Origin: Candidatus Acidiferrales bacterium
GTDB lineage: Bacteria > Acidobacteriota > Terriglobia > Acidiferrales > UBA7541
Assembly: GCA_049281095.1 (NCBI GenBank)
Contig: JBAPRL010000082.1
Coordinates: 1,298-65,297, forward strand
Length of the DNA: 64,000 bases
Direction: 5' to 3'
Made by a program: the position numbers and the translations under genes. Below, in pieces: positions 1-9,261 of the stretch (position 1 is its first letter; every line of letters begins with the position of its first letter). The notes below the pieces were generated by a model. The model saw only the letters and a program-made list of their open reading frames with translations. It did not search any database and was not told the DNA's origin.

Positions 1-402
1 CAGCTTGCGCCGGTGACTGTGCAATTGCCGCTTTCTGCAGATCCCGCGGAACGCGCCAAGCAGTTGATTAACGCGCTTATCGCCAATCCGCCCACTCCGG
101 CGCAGCGCACTTTGCCTGAGGGCGCGACGCTCCTCGATTTGTATATTTTGCCTGACGGAACAGCGATTGCCGATTTTTCAGACGAACTCTCGTCGGAGAT
201 GCCTTCGGGAATCTTGAGCGAGTGGATGGCGGTAAGCTCCATTGCGCAAACGCTCGGCGCGAATGTCCCGTCTATCGCGCGGTTGAAGATTCTCGTGCAC
301 GGCCACGAAGCGGAAACTCTCGCGGGCCACATCGACATATCCGATTTTGTGGACGTCCATTCTCCACCTTCATCTCCGCTGCCGATTGCGTCGCCCAAGT
401 AG
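1..402 (+). CDS. GerMN domain-containing protein, C-terminal part (5' end truncated by window edge)
   Basis: The frame is open from base 1. The translation ([20 protein letters not shown]...[22 protein letters not shown]) resembles a GerMN domain C-terminus. The gene sits immediately upstream of rph. Confidence 0.55.
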   Translation, partial: QLAPVTVQLPLSADPAERAKQLINALIANPPTPAQRTLPEGATLLDLYILPDGTAIADFSDELSSEMPSGILSEWMAVSSIAQTLGANVPSIARLKILVHGHEAETLAGHIDISDFVDVHSPPSSPLPIASPK

Positions 403-527
403 CGCGCCAAGGGTGCGGAACCTACCCTCTCGCCCCAAAACCCGGTCGGCCAGCGATTGACAGACTCCCGTGCGCCCGTCACACTGATGCAGAACGGTTC
501 AAAGAGGGCTTTGCAGGGCGAGGGAGT

Positions 528-1265
528 TTGCGAGCAGACAAACGAGCGACGAATGAATTGCGGCCGGTCAAGCTGACGCCGGACTTTGTGTCCACGGCGG
601 AAGGCAGCGTGCTCATTGAGGCCGGGCGCACCCGCGTCGTAGCGACGGCGACGATAGAAGACGGCGTGCCCCATTTCCTGAAGGGGCAAGACAAGGGCTG
701 GGTGACCAGCGAATATGGCATGCTGCCGCGCGCGACCGACCGCCGGACTCCCCGCGAAGCTGCGCGCGGAAGGCAGTCGGGCCGCACTCAGGAAATTCAG
801 CGCCTGATTGGGCGCGCATTGCGCGCGGTGACCGACCTCGAAGCGCTTGGTGAACGCACCGTGTGGATTGACTGCGACGTCATCGAGGCCGACGGCGGAA
901 CGCGGACCGCATCGATCTCCGGCGCATTTGTGGCCCTCGCCCTGGCATTCGAGCGTATGAAAGCGGCCGGAATTTTGCCGAGAATTCCGCTGGTGGATTC
1001 GGTGGCCGCCGTGAGCGTTGGGATCGTGAAAGACGAGTTGCTGCTCGACCTCGCCTACGAAGAAGATTCGCAAGCACAGGTTGACATGAACGTGGTGATG
1101 ACCGGCGCGGGCCAGTTGGTCGAGGTGCAAGCCACGGCCGAGGGGCGGCCGTTCTCTTCCGATGAGTTGCAACAGCTTCTCCGGTTGGCCGGCACAGGAA
1201 TCCGGTACTTAAGCGAAGTGCAGCAGGAATTGCTGCATCTGAATTTTCGCGCTCATGCACGTTAA
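528..1265 (+). CDS. rph: ribonuclease PH
   Basis: The translation is full-length RNase PH ([73 protein letters not shown]). The N-terminal 102 aa in the ORF track (222-527) is Arg/Cys-rich and overlaps the upstream gene. TTG at 528 is the first in-frame start next to the conserved core and gives 245 aa. The exact start is uncertain. Confidence 0.9.
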   Translation: MRADKRATNELRPVKLTPDFVSTAEGSVLIEAGRTRVVATATIEDGVPHFLKGQDKGWVTSEYGMLPRATDRRTPREAARGRQSGRTQEIQRLIGRALRAVTDLEALGERTVWIDCDVIEADGGTRTASISGAFVALALAFERMKAAGILPRIPLVDSVAAVSVGIVKDELLLDLAYEEDSQAQVDMNVVMTGAGQLVEVQATAEGRPFSSDELQQLLRLAGTGIRYLSEVQQELLHLNFRAHAR

Positions 1266-1893
1266 GCTGCTGTTGGCTTCCTCGAATGCAAGCAAGCTTC
1301 GCGAATACCGCTCGCTCGCCGCTGGGTGCGCCCGCGAAATTGCGATCGACCTCCTGCCCGGCTTTTCCGAATCCCCTGCCTTTTCCGAAGATGCCCCTAC
1401 CTTTGCGGAAAACGCGGCGGGCAAAGCGCTGCACTACAGCGGGTTCGCGAGAGAAATTGTTTTCGCGGACGATTCAGGACTTGTGGTCGCAGCACTTGGA
1501 GGCGCGCCGGGAGTGCGTTCGGCGCGGTATGCGGGCGAGAATGCAAGCGACGCGCAGCGCAATGCGAAGTTGCTCGCGGAGATGCGCGGAAAATCCGGCG
1601 AGGCGAGGAAGGCAAAGTTCGTGTGCGTCATCGCCGCTGCAAAACAAGGCAAGATGCTGGCGGTCGTGTCTGATTCCGTCGAAGGCGCGATCGCCAACGA
1701 GCCTCGTGGCAGTAATGGATTTGGCTACGACCCTTTGTTTTATTTTGCGCCCCACAAGAAGACGTTTGCCGAACTAACCGAAGCGGAAAAAAATCGGTTT
1801 AGCCACCGAGGAAAGGCTTTCCGCAATCTTCACGAGGCGCTGATTTCGATGACAGCGCCCGATGTCGAATCTCCCGTCGAGCGAAAACTGTAG
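1255..1893 (+). CDS. rdgB: non-canonical purine NTP pyrophosphatase (RdgB/HAM1 family)
   Basis: Motifs: [66 protein letters not shown]. It overlaps the rph stop by 11 nt, matching the conserved rph-rdgB pairing. Confidence 0.9.
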   Translation: MHVKLLLASSNASKLREYRSLAAGCAREIAIDLLPGFSESPAFSEDAPTFAENAAGKALHYSGFAREIVFADDSGLVVAALGGAPGVRSARYAGENASDAQRNAKLLAEMRGKSGEARKAKFVCVIAAAKQGKMLAVVSDSVEGAIANEPRGSNGFGYDPLFYFAPHKKTFAELTEAEKNRFSHRGKAFRNLHEALISMTAPDVESPVERKL

Positions 1894-1984
1894 AATCCGC
1901 GCGATTCCCTACTGAATCTAAGATAAGCTTGTTGAACCATCCGTGAAGGGGTAAAAAGGCTCTGTCCCACCCCGAGGAGCTCCC

Positions 1985-3313
1985 ATGGCTACGGCGAAAA
2001 TGGCTCCGGAGTCTCTCCAACCGCTCTTGGACCGGTTGGAGGATGCGCGGAAACGAACCGATGCTCTCTTCGCGTTGATTCGGCCGGAAGCGCTCTCCGA
2101 ACGCCCCATACCGGAGCGCCACAGGCTGGTTTTTTATTTAGGCCACCTCGAGGCGTTCGACTGGAACCTGATCGCGCGCGATGCGCTGAGCTATCCGAGC
2201 TTCCATCCCGAATACGAAAAGCTCTTCGCCTTCGGCATTGATCCTGTGGATGGCCAGCTTCCCCATGACGTGCCGAGCGATTGGCCGGTGGTCGACGAAA
2301 TTCGCGCCTACAACGAACGTTTGCGCGAACGAATCGACACGGCGCTGCGTGTGCCCTCGAACAAGCTGCCCGACACCGTCGCGGGCAGAATTCTGCTGCA
2401 TGTTGCAATTGAACATCGCTTGATGCACGCGGAAACCCTGGCCTACTTGATGCACCATTTGCATCACGATCAGAAGAATGCCCCCGCAAATTACGAAACA
2501 GCCGCAAAGAGCAACGCTCCCTTCGCGCCGGGCGTGGCAAACGTCCCCGCCGGCACAGCGACCCTCGGCATCCGCCGCGACAGCGGGCGCTTCGGCTGGG
2601 ACAATGAATTTGAAGAAAATCAGGTGAGCGTCCCGAAGTTTCGTATCGACGCATATCCAGTGACAAATGGCGAATTCTTGGAGTTTGTGAACGCCAATGG
2701 ATACGAAAATAACCAGCTTTGGCCTGCAGAAGACTGGGCATGGAAGAATTCCGCGGGAGTTTCCCATCCGCACTTTTGGGAACAGGATGGCCAGGGCTGG
2801 AGCTACCGGGGAATGTTCCAGAGCGTGCCGCTGCCGCTCGATTGGCCCGTTTTCGTTAGCTACGCGGAAGCGGCAGCGTACGCGCGCTGGAAAAACCGAC
2901 CGCTGCCCACCGAAGGGCAGTGGCACCGCGCTGCATTTGGCACGCCCGCGGAAAGCGAATGCGCGTATCCCTGGGGCGACGTCGAGCCGAGCACGGAACG
3001 CGGCAATTTTGATTTCGCGCGATGGGATCCTGCGCCTGTGAATGCGCATCCCGCCGGACAAAGCGCGTTCGGCGTGCACGATCTTTTCGGCAATGGCTGG
3101 GAATGGACTTCGACTCCCTTCGCGCCGTTCCCTGGATTCGCCGCTTTTCCGTTTTATCCCGGTTACTCCGCAAATTTCTTCGACGGAAAACACTTCGTGA
3201 TGAAGGGCGGCTCGCCACAAACCGCCGCGTGCATGCTGCGGCGCTCGTTTCGAAACTGGTTCCAGCCTCATTACCCCTACGTCTACGCAAAATTTCGCAC
3301 AGTGGAGGAATAA
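1985..3313 (+). CDS. egtB: ergothioneine biosynthesis sulfoxide synthase EgtB (DinB-like N-domain plus FGE-sulfatase/SUMF1-like C-domain)
   Basis: The N-terminal part is DinB-like (RLVFYLGHLEAFDWN). The C-terminal part is FGE-like (FGWDNEFEENQVSVPKFRIDAYPVTNGEFLEF, GNGWEWTSTPF, MKGGS). egtD follows 3 nt downstream. Confidence 0.8.
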   Translation: MATAKMAPESLQPLLDRLEDARKRTDALFALIRPEALSERPIPERHRLVFYLGHLEAFDWNLIARDALSYPSFHPEYEKLFAFGIDPVDGQLPHDVPSDWPVVDEIRAYNERLRERIDTALRVPSNKLPDTVAGRILLHVAIEHRLMHAETLAYLMHHLHHDQKNAPANYETAAKSNAPFAPGVANVPAGTATLGIRRDSGRFGWDNEFEENQVSVPKFRIDAYPVTNGEFLEFVNANGYENNQLWPAEDWAWKNSAGVSHPHFWEQDGQGWSYRGMFQSVPLPLDWPVFVSYAEAAAYARWKNRPLPTEGQWHRAAFGTPAESECAYPWGDVEPSTERGNFDFARWDPAPVNAHPAGQSAFGVHDLFGNGWEWTSTPFAPFPGFAAFPFYPGYSANFFDGKHFVMKGGSPQTAACMLRRSFRNWFQPHYPYVYAKFRTVEE

Positions 3314-3316
3314 TTC

Positions 3317-4303
3317 ATGGCCACTCCCGCAAGGCTGTACACGCATGGCGTGTCTGGAAATGCCCGCGCGGATTTCGCAGCGGACGTTCGCGCCGGGTTG
3401 ACGAAACATCCGCAGAAAGAATTGCCGTCAAAATATCTGTACGATGAAGTGGGTTCGGCGCTATTTGAGGTGATCACGCTTTTGCCCGAGTACGGCCTTT
3501 CTCGAGCAGGGGCGCGTCTGCTGAAACGCCACGCCGAAGAAATCATCGACCGTTTGCCTTCGCCGGTCGCCGTGGCCGAATTGGGCTCAGGAAGCGGGGC
3601 GAAGACTCGCTGGATTCTTGAAGCCCTATCGCGGCGGCAGCCGGTCACTTATTATCCCATCGACATTTCGCGAACGGCGCTTTCCCGTTGCTGGCAGGAG
3701 CTGGGCCGTATCGATTCGGTGAGCATCGTCGGCTTCGAACGCGCTTATCTTGACGGGCTGCTCGACGTGGCCTCGCGCCGCAAATCGGGCGAACGACTGC
3801 TTGTGCTTTTTCTCGGAAGCACGATCGGCAACTTCGACCGGCCCGCTGCCGCAAAATTTCTGTGCGAGGTGCGCCACATTTTGCATTTCGGCGATGCATT
3901 GCTGCTGGCGACAGACCTTGAGAAATCCGAGAGCGAGCTTCTGCTCGCTTACGATGATCCGGCCGGCGTAACCGCGGCATTCAATCTCAATTTGCTGGCG
4001 CGCATCAATCGCGAGCTCGACGCGGATTTCGATCTGGCATCTTTCGAGCACCTGGCGCGCTACAACCCGGCGCAGCGACGCATCGAAATGCATCTCCGGT
4101 CGACGCGCAGGCAGACCGCTCACATCTCTAGCGCGTTGCTGGACGTGACCCTCGAGAGCGGTGAAACCATCTGGACCGAGAGTTCTCACAAGTATCGCTG
4201 CGAAGAGGCTGCGAAAATGGGATCCACGTCCGGTTTTCGCTGCGAAGCACAGTGGGTAGATGCGGAATGGCCTTACGCTCAAAGCCTGTTTCTGGCCGAA
4301 TGA
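3317..4303 (+). CDS. egtD: L-histidine N-alpha-methyltransferase EgtD
   Basis: Motifs: PKYLYDEVGSALFEVITLLPEYGLSRAG, ELGSGSGAKT, YYPIDISRTAL, FLGSTIGNF, SHKY. These match the EgtD-type SAM methyltransferase fold. Confidence 0.85.
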   Translation: MATPARLYTHGVSGNARADFAADVRAGLTKHPQKELPSKYLYDEVGSALFEVITLLPEYGLSRAGARLLKRHAEEIIDRLPSPVAVAELGSGSGAKTRWILEALSRRQPVTYYPIDISRTALSRCWQELGRIDSVSIVGFERAYLDGLLDVASRRKSGERLLVLFLGSTIGNFDRPAAAKFLCEVRHILHFGDALLLATDLEKSESELLLAYDDPAGVTAAFNLNLLARINRELDADFDLASFEHLARYNPAQRRIEMHLRSTRRQTAHISSALLDVTLESGETIWTESSHKYRCEEAAKMGSTSGFRCEAQWVDAEWPYAQSLFLAE

Positions 4304-4314
4304 TCGTCGAGCCA

Positions 4315-4357
4315 CAAAAAGGAACCCGGGCTTGCTGGGGTGAACAAGCCCGGGGTT
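4315..4357 (-). terminator. rho-independent terminator for the small minus-strand ORFs (the hairpin is also downstream of egtD)
   Basis: Hairpin aacccgggcttg / caagcccggggtt (one bulge, 10-nt loop). On the minus strand it is followed by ccTTTTTg. Confidence 0.5.
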
Positions 4358-4407
4358 GGGGGCACTGAGGGTGGGCCGGAAGATCGTTGTCTAAGCGGGC
4401 GCTGTTA

Positions 4408-4590
4408 TCACCAGTTCATCGAACGCGCCCACATCATGAATCGCAAAGCTTCTCTGTAAAGCAAACCCGTCAATATTCCACAGAATCCGGCAATCCACGG
4501 CCAGGCATTTTCAGCGATGCCGCACGGAGCGGCCTCCACGACCGCGTGGACGGCCGGTCGCACTGCCCGCACTTTTGCAGAATCGTTCAT
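4408..4590 (-). CDS. hypothetical small protein (60 aa, one hydrophobic segment)
   Basis: The ORF lies 13 nt downstream of the 4604-4810 ORF and upstream of the terminator. It has a hydrophobic stretch (AWPWIAGFCGILTGLLY) and a weak SD. There is no homology support. Confidence 0.25.
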   Translation of the reverse strand: MNDSAKVRAVRPAVHAVVEAAPCGIAENAWPWIAGFCGILTGLLYREALRFMMWARSMNW

Positions 4591-4603
4591 CGCGCTTGCT
4601 CGG

Positions 4604-4810
4604 CTACTGCACCATCACGAGCGGAGTATCCTGCTCGATCGCCACGACCATAGACTTGAAAATGTCGACATCCCAGTTTTCGGCGATACGAAGGCGAAGC
4701 ACGCTGCTTGTTTCGCTGACCAAACGGCCACGTACCGGAACGCGAAGATTGCCCGCGACTACCCGAAGAATCACCGGCTGGCCCATCCATACCGTGTAAC
4801 TGCCTTCCAT
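4604..4810 (-). CDS. hypothetical small protein (68 aa)
   Basis: An ATG is preceded by GGAGG with a 6-nt spacer (ggggaggtaggccATG). The composition is protein-like (VILRVVAGNLRVPVRGRLVSETSSVLRLRI). Competing frames look like GC artefacts. Confidence 0.5.
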   Translation of the reverse strand: MEGSYTVWMGQPVILRVVAGNLRVPVRGRLVSETSSVLRLRIAENWDVDIFKSMVVAIEQDTPLVMVQ

Positions 4811-5047
4811 GGCCTACCTCCCCTACTGGAGTTGTTTGTGTGGCAGTTGTCAGTCTGAGGGTCGGGCTCGCTCGGGCAAATGGTACCGGGGACTAATTCG
4901 GGTAGGAGCAAAGTACTAAGCAGAAACAGGACCGCGGGCGCGACCGCGCAAGTCCTGCTTTTCTGTTATGTTAGTCGGGTCGCTTCGGCTGGGGCGCGTC
5001 GCCGTTTCAGAGCAGTCGCCGCGAAAATCACGCAATTGCGGATATTT

Positions 5048-5698
5048 ATGGGCATAAATTTCACAGCGATTCCCTGGCAAGGGTTAATCCACAAACTCTA
5101 CAACGTCCAAGACCTCGTGCAATCGGGCGGCTCCTTTTTGGTCTGCTCGATCATATTCGTGGAAACGGGGCTCTTTTTCGGCTTTTTCCTTCCGGGCGAT
5201 TCCTTGTTGGTAACGGCGGGCGTGTTTGCCGGGGCAGGTCGCGTTGGGCTGGCATGGCTGCTATTTCCCGCATGCCTGTGCGCCATCGCCGGCGACCAGT
5301 TGGGCTATTTTATCGGCCGCAAAGCCGGCGAGAGTCTGTACCGCCGCGAAGATTCGCGATTCTTCAAGAAAAAGCATTTGCAGCGGGCCCACGAGTTTTA
5401 CGAAAAGCACGGACCAAAGGCGATCATCATCGCTCGTTTCGTGCCGATCATACGGACGTTTTGCCCCCCGGTGGCTGGCGCCTCACAAATGCGCTATTCG
5501 CGATACCTGATCTTCGACATCTTCGGCGGATTCCTGTGGGTGTGCAGCATGGTTCTGGCCGGGTACACGCTCGGCAGAAAAATCCCCAACATACAAAGCC
5601 GCATCCACTGGGTGATTGCCGCCGTGATCGCGTTATCGCTCCTGCCGGCGGCTATCGAGGGGTTGAAAATGCTCAGGAGCAAGAGACAGTCCGCGTAG
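5048..5698 (+). CDS. DedA family membrane protein
   Basis: Motifs: FVETGLFFGFFLPGDSLLVTAG, GDQLGYFIGRKAG, IIIARFVPIIRTFCPPVAG. The start is trimmed to ATG 5048 because the upstream 56 aa of the ORF-track call are non-protein-like. Confidence 0.85.
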   Translation: MGINFTAIPWQGLIHKLYNVQDLVQSGGSFLVCSIIFVETGLFFGFFLPGDSLLVTAGVFAGAGRVGLAWLLFPACLCAIAGDQLGYFIGRKAGESLYRREDSRFFKKKHLQRAHEFYEKHGPKAIIIARFVPIIRTFCPPVAGASQMRYSRYLIFDIFGGFLWVCSMVLAGYTLGRKIPNIQSRIHWVIAAVIALSLLPAAIEGLKMLRSKRQSA

Positions 5699-5747
5699 GC
5701 AATCGCTCGGTCATAACGAAGCCAACGGAACCATCGACACAAAATGC

Positions 5748-5780
5748 AAACGGGGAACCTCGGTTCCCCGTTTTGCTATT
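5748..5780 (+). terminator. rho-independent terminator after the DedA gene
   Basis: Hairpin aaacggggaacc / ggttccccgttt followed by tgctatttt. Confidence 0.55.
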
Positions 5781-6023
5781 TTCCTGAGGCCCGGTCGGCG
5801 TCGCTAAGGCGCCGGAAGGGCTCGCACCGCAAGAGCGGTGTGAATGTCATCAGGATTCTTGGTCCGGCGGATTCATACCACGTCTCCTCCGTATTCCAAG
5901 TCTTCTCTCCCCTCATACTCCGCCGTGGAGTCGAGCGCAATAGGATTTTCGCCTGCCAGGATATCCGTTGGGCGAAGCCTGTGGAAAAACCTTGGGAGTG
6001 CCACTCCGTAATGCTGAATCCTG

Positions 6024-6731
6024 CTAGCGCACAAAAAGCCCTTCGCGGAGTTGGTCGCGCCCCACGAAGGTCTTCGCAGAACGGAACCGGCCAAAAAGGT
6101 TCAGGATTTCGCGATTCTGGAACGGGCGATCGTGCGCGACCACCGGACCGATAGGAATGGTTTCGATGGTCTGATTATCGACAATGCGGTAGCGGTATAA
6201 CCTCTCCGGCTTGCTGTGAAAAATCGCCAGAACAGCTCCGCCGGGCTTCACAATATCGTACAGGCGGTCCGCGATCTTAGGAAGCAGCTCGGAACCCAGG
6301 TGGTCGAAAATGTCCCACAGCAGCACCGCATTAAACCCCTCTTCCGGATATTGCAGTGAGTGATCGAGGAAGCGTTCCGCAATTTGACCGGGCGAAAGCG
6401 GCTCATAAAAATCGCTCTGCTCCTCAACGCGCTGTCTTTCATCCTCCGCGATGCGAAATTCCTTCCACGAACGCACCAGGTCGTCTGTGGTCACGCGGAA
6501 TCCGCGCTCGATGAAAAAATTCAGAGTGGCCTGGGAGACCGAACCAAGATCGAGAAGGCGTCCGTTTTCCACGTCGCTCAGAAGCCACAGGAAATCCTTC
6601 AACCCGTTTGAAACGCGAAAATTCGGCGAGCTGTGGCTGGCGGCCGCCGCGACAGCGGGCGCAGATTGCGGTTTTCGCGACGGCACTGCCGCCGTCGTGC
6701 TGCCCAACCGGGATTTCACTATGAAATTCAT
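6024..6731 (-). CDS. class I SAM-dependent methyltransferase
   Basis: Motif I-like LLDLGSVSQATLNFFIERGFRVTTDDL and a post-I region (FNAVLLWDIFDHL, VKPGGAVLAIFH). Its start is 3 nt after the bactofilin stop. Confidence 0.8.
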   Translation of the reverse strand: MNFIVKSRLGSTTAAVPSRKPQSAPAVAAAASHSSPNFRVSNGLKDFLWLLSDVENGRLLDLGSVSQATLNFFIERGFRVTTDDLVRSWKEFRIAEDERQRVEEQSDFYEPLSPGQIAERFLDHSLQYPEEGFNAVLLWDIFDHLGSELLPKIADRLYDIVKPGGAVLAIFHSKPERLYRYRIVDNQTIETIPIGPVVAHDRPFQNREILNLFGRFRSAKTFVGRDQLREGLFVR

Positions 6732-6734
6732 CGA

Positions 6735-7328
6735 CTAATGCGGGCTCCGCTGCGTTTCCAGGACGACCGGTGAACCCGCCTCCGTCTCGGCCGAAGATGG
6801 CTCACGCGAAATAAAGGGCTGAGAGTTTCGCTTATTCTGGCGCTCGTGGGCGTCCGCGGCTGGGCCCATTTCCACCCGTCCATTGAACCGTGCGCCGTCC
6901 TCGATGGCGATGCGCGGCGCTTCCAGGTCGCCTACCACATGGCACGAACTACCGAGCGAAACACGCTCGCGCCCGCGAAGATCGCCTTCCACCCGGCCGT
7001 ACACGACAATCTCAGAAGCTTCGATATCCGCCTGAACATGCCCGGATTGGCCGACCGTCAGCCGCGAGTCCCCCAACCGAATGCTCCCCTGCACGTCACC
7101 GTCGATGAGCAGGTCAGCCTTGCCCGTCAATTCGCCCTTGATGCAGATTCCGCGAGTCAAAACGGCGGCGCCGGAGGGCGGAGTCTGACCGTAGGACGGC
7201 TGCAGGGGAGAAGACGGAGAACTTCCGGAGGACGGTACAGGCTTCTGACTCGGAGGAGCATACGCTGCTTCAGAAGTACCGGGAGTACCGGAAGAAGATG
7301 GCTTCGCTTCAGGCTGTTTCCGCCACAT
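6735..7328 (-). CDS. bactofilin family cytoskeletal protein with a Pro/Ser-rich N-terminal extension
   Basis: The core is a beta-helical bactofilin repeat (IKGELTGKADLLIDGDVQGSIRLGDSRLTVGQSGHVQADIEASEIVVYGRVEGDL...). ATG 7328 is preceded by GGAGG plus 5 nt. The ORF-track TTG at 7340 overlaps that SD. Confidence 0.85.
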   Translation of the reverse strand: MWRKQPEAKPSSSGTPGTSEAAYAPPSQKPVPSSGSSPSSPLQPSYGQTPPSGAAVLTRGICIKGELTGKADLLIDGDVQGSIRLGDSRLTVGQSGHVQADIEASEIVVYGRVEGDLRGRERVSLGSSCHVVGDLEAPRIAIEDGARFNGRVEMGPAADAHERQNKRNSQPFISREPSSAETEAGSPVVLETQRSPH

Positions 7329-7400
7329 GGAAACCTCCAACTCGGTGAGATGGTCGTTACGACTCGAACCAACGCACAGGCGACAATAGCGGTTCGAGAA

Positions 7401-8165
7401 CTATATTACAGGGCCCGGCAGATGTAAACCAAGCATAAATCCAGGCGAGATTACGCGAAAGGAACGTCCGACCCCGGGGCCCGCGACTAGTTCTGCCTGC
7501 GAACTCAGGCCCTGATGATGCACTTCCCAAAACGCGACAAACATCCCAACAAATTCATGAAAGAAAGTCTTCACGCCGACGCGTGTCCTCCACCATGAAT
7601 CAGGATCGTAATCGTGATCTGGCGCCGCCTCAACTAGCACACGAACATCCGCCGGGAAGACATGCTCGCAAAGATAGTGCGTGCGGCGCGTGTGATAGTT
7701 GGAAGTGACGATCATCACCCGTTTCCAGCCGTGCTGCTCCACGAATCCGCGAATGCCTTTCAATTCTTCCAGCGTATCGGGAGCGTCGTGCGCAAACGGG
7801 ATGATCGCTTGGCGCGGAACTCCTCGCGCCTCCAGGTCCCGCTGCATCAAATCCGCGATGCTTGTATAGGGACGCAGCCACCGTCCGCTGCCCACAACAC
7901 GAGGCGCCCATCCATCGTGGTAAAGGTCCGCCGCGCGCGTAGCACGGTCGGCGGTAAAGTCGTCGTCACTGAGAACCACAATGACGTCCGAGGTTGCGGG
8001 AGGGTCGGATTCTACCCAAAAATTGCCGGCCAATCGAAGCAGTGGCGCGCGCACCAGGTATATAAGAGCAAGCAAGACCACCAGGACGATCAGCAGAATG
8101 AGCTTGGCGATAATCCCACCACGCTCGCCGTTTTGTAGAAAGTCCGAGCCCGACGCACCGTTCAT
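7401..8165 (-). CDS. YdcF/ElyC family (DUF218) membrane-anchored protein
   Basis: It has an N-terminal TM helix and a DUF218-like core (VIVVLSDDD, GWAPRVVGSG, VMIVTSNYHTRRT). Its ATG overlaps the stop of the upstream gene (ATGA). Confidence 0.8.
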   Translation of the reverse strand: MNGASGSDFLQNGERGGIIAKLILLIVLVVLLALIYLVRAPLLRLAGNFWVESDPPATSDVIVVLSDDDFTADRATRAADLYHDGWAPRVVGSGRWLRPYTSIADLMQRDLEARGVPRQAIIPFAHDAPDTLEELKGIRGFVEQHGWKRVMIVTSNYHTRRTHYLCEHVFPADVRVLVEAAPDHDYDPDSWWRTRVGVKTFFHEFVGMFVAFWEVHHQGLSSQAELVAGPGVGRSFRVISPGFMLGLHLPGPVI

Positions 8166-9139
8166 GAGCTAGGGCTGACCTGACGCAATCGCTCCGCAGC
8201 TTGCTCCGGCAGCAGGCTATTGAAGTAAACCTCTTTGATAACGTATGACCTTTCGTTTGTGGGAACGAGCGGCATGATTTCTATGTGCCAGTGATAATCA
8301 TCGGCGATCGTGCGCCAGTATTCACTTAGCTCGCCTTTCGTCTGCAGCGCATTCGGTGAAGTGTGCACAACCATGTGGTATCCCTGCGAGATGGCTGGTA
8401 GCCGTCGCAGCAAGCGCGCCAGAAGCGCGCCCAGGGAACGGAAATCCTCCGCGCCCGGCGCCTCGAATTCATGATTGTGATGGCGCGGCATGATCCATGC
8501 CTCAAACGGCACGCGCGAAGCGTACGGGCAGAACGCCACATAGTTCCCTTGCGAATCCACCACGCGCTTCTCCTGTTTTTCTTCCTGTCGCAGGATATCG
8601 CAAAACACGCAGCGTTCGCGCTCGCGAAACCATTCCCGGGCCGCGCGCAGCTCATACAACACTCGCCGTGGAACAAACGTCGTGGCCGTAATCTGAGAAT
8701 GCGAGTGGGGCCATTCCTGGCCGGAATTTAAACCATGATTCTTGAACACCGTCACGTACTTGAAGCGCGGGTCGCCTTTCAGGTCGGTAATGCGCCGCGC
8801 ATACGCTTCCAGAACTAGCGCGACATGCTCGGGGCTCTCCCCGGCAATCCCGCTCTCGTGGTTTGGCGTGTCGACAACAATTTCGTGCGCTCCCACGCTG
8901 CTCATCCGATCATAGATTCCCTCAGCGGACCGCCCGGGATCGCCTTCGATCCGGTACAACGGGCGAAAATGCGGGAAAACGCGCACCTGCCATGGCCCTT
9001 GCGCGGGAAACTGCAAAATCGTGCGTGTGTCCGCTTCGTTTCCGGGACATAACGGACAAGGCTGCTGCGGAAGCTCACCTAGGTCGGAATGTCCAACCAC
9101 CACCCAGCTTCTCGTGATCGGGTCTTTTCGCAGCTCCAT
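8162..9139 (-). CDS. galactose-1-phosphate uridylyltransferase family protein (HIT superfamily, GalT-like)
   Basis: Motifs: MELRKDPITRSWVVV, zinc motif CPLCPGNE, active-site HSHSQI. The substrate (UDP versus ADP sugars) cannot be decided from sequence alone. Confidence 0.8.
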   Translation of the reverse strand: MELRKDPITRSWVVVGHSDLGELPQQPCPLCPGNEADTRTILQFPAQGPWQVRVFPHFRPLYRIEGDPGRSAEGIYDRMSSVGAHEIVVDTPNHESGIAGESPEHVALVLEAYARRITDLKGDPRFKYVTVFKNHGLNSGQEWPHSHSQITATTFVPRRVLYELRAAREWFRERERCVFCDILRQEEKQEKRVVDSQGNYVAFCPYASRVPFEAWIMPRHHNHEFEAPGAEDFRSLGALLARLLRRLPAISQGYHMVVHTSPNALQTKGELSEYWRTIADDYHWHIEIMPLVPTNERSYVIKEVYFNSLLPEQAAERLRQVSPSS

Positions 9140-9261
9140 GAATTCGATACTCCAAAAAAGGAACGCCCGAATTTATACCTCAGCGCGAAGACCGGAGCAA
9201 GACAGCGATTGCCCGCCCGTGCGGCCATGCGTGGTTGATGCTCATGCTATTCTGATGCGCG

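Noticed and set aside
222-527. N-terminal 102-aa extension of the rph ORF
   Set aside because: It overlaps the C-terminus of the upstream GerMN gene in another frame, is Arg/Cys-rich, and RNase PH homology begins only at about 528.
2138-3409. 423-aa minus-strand ORF plus several 100-250-aa ORFs overlapping egtB/egtD
   Set aside because: These are antisense or alternative frames of the strongly supported egtB and egtD genes, with no recognisable motifs.
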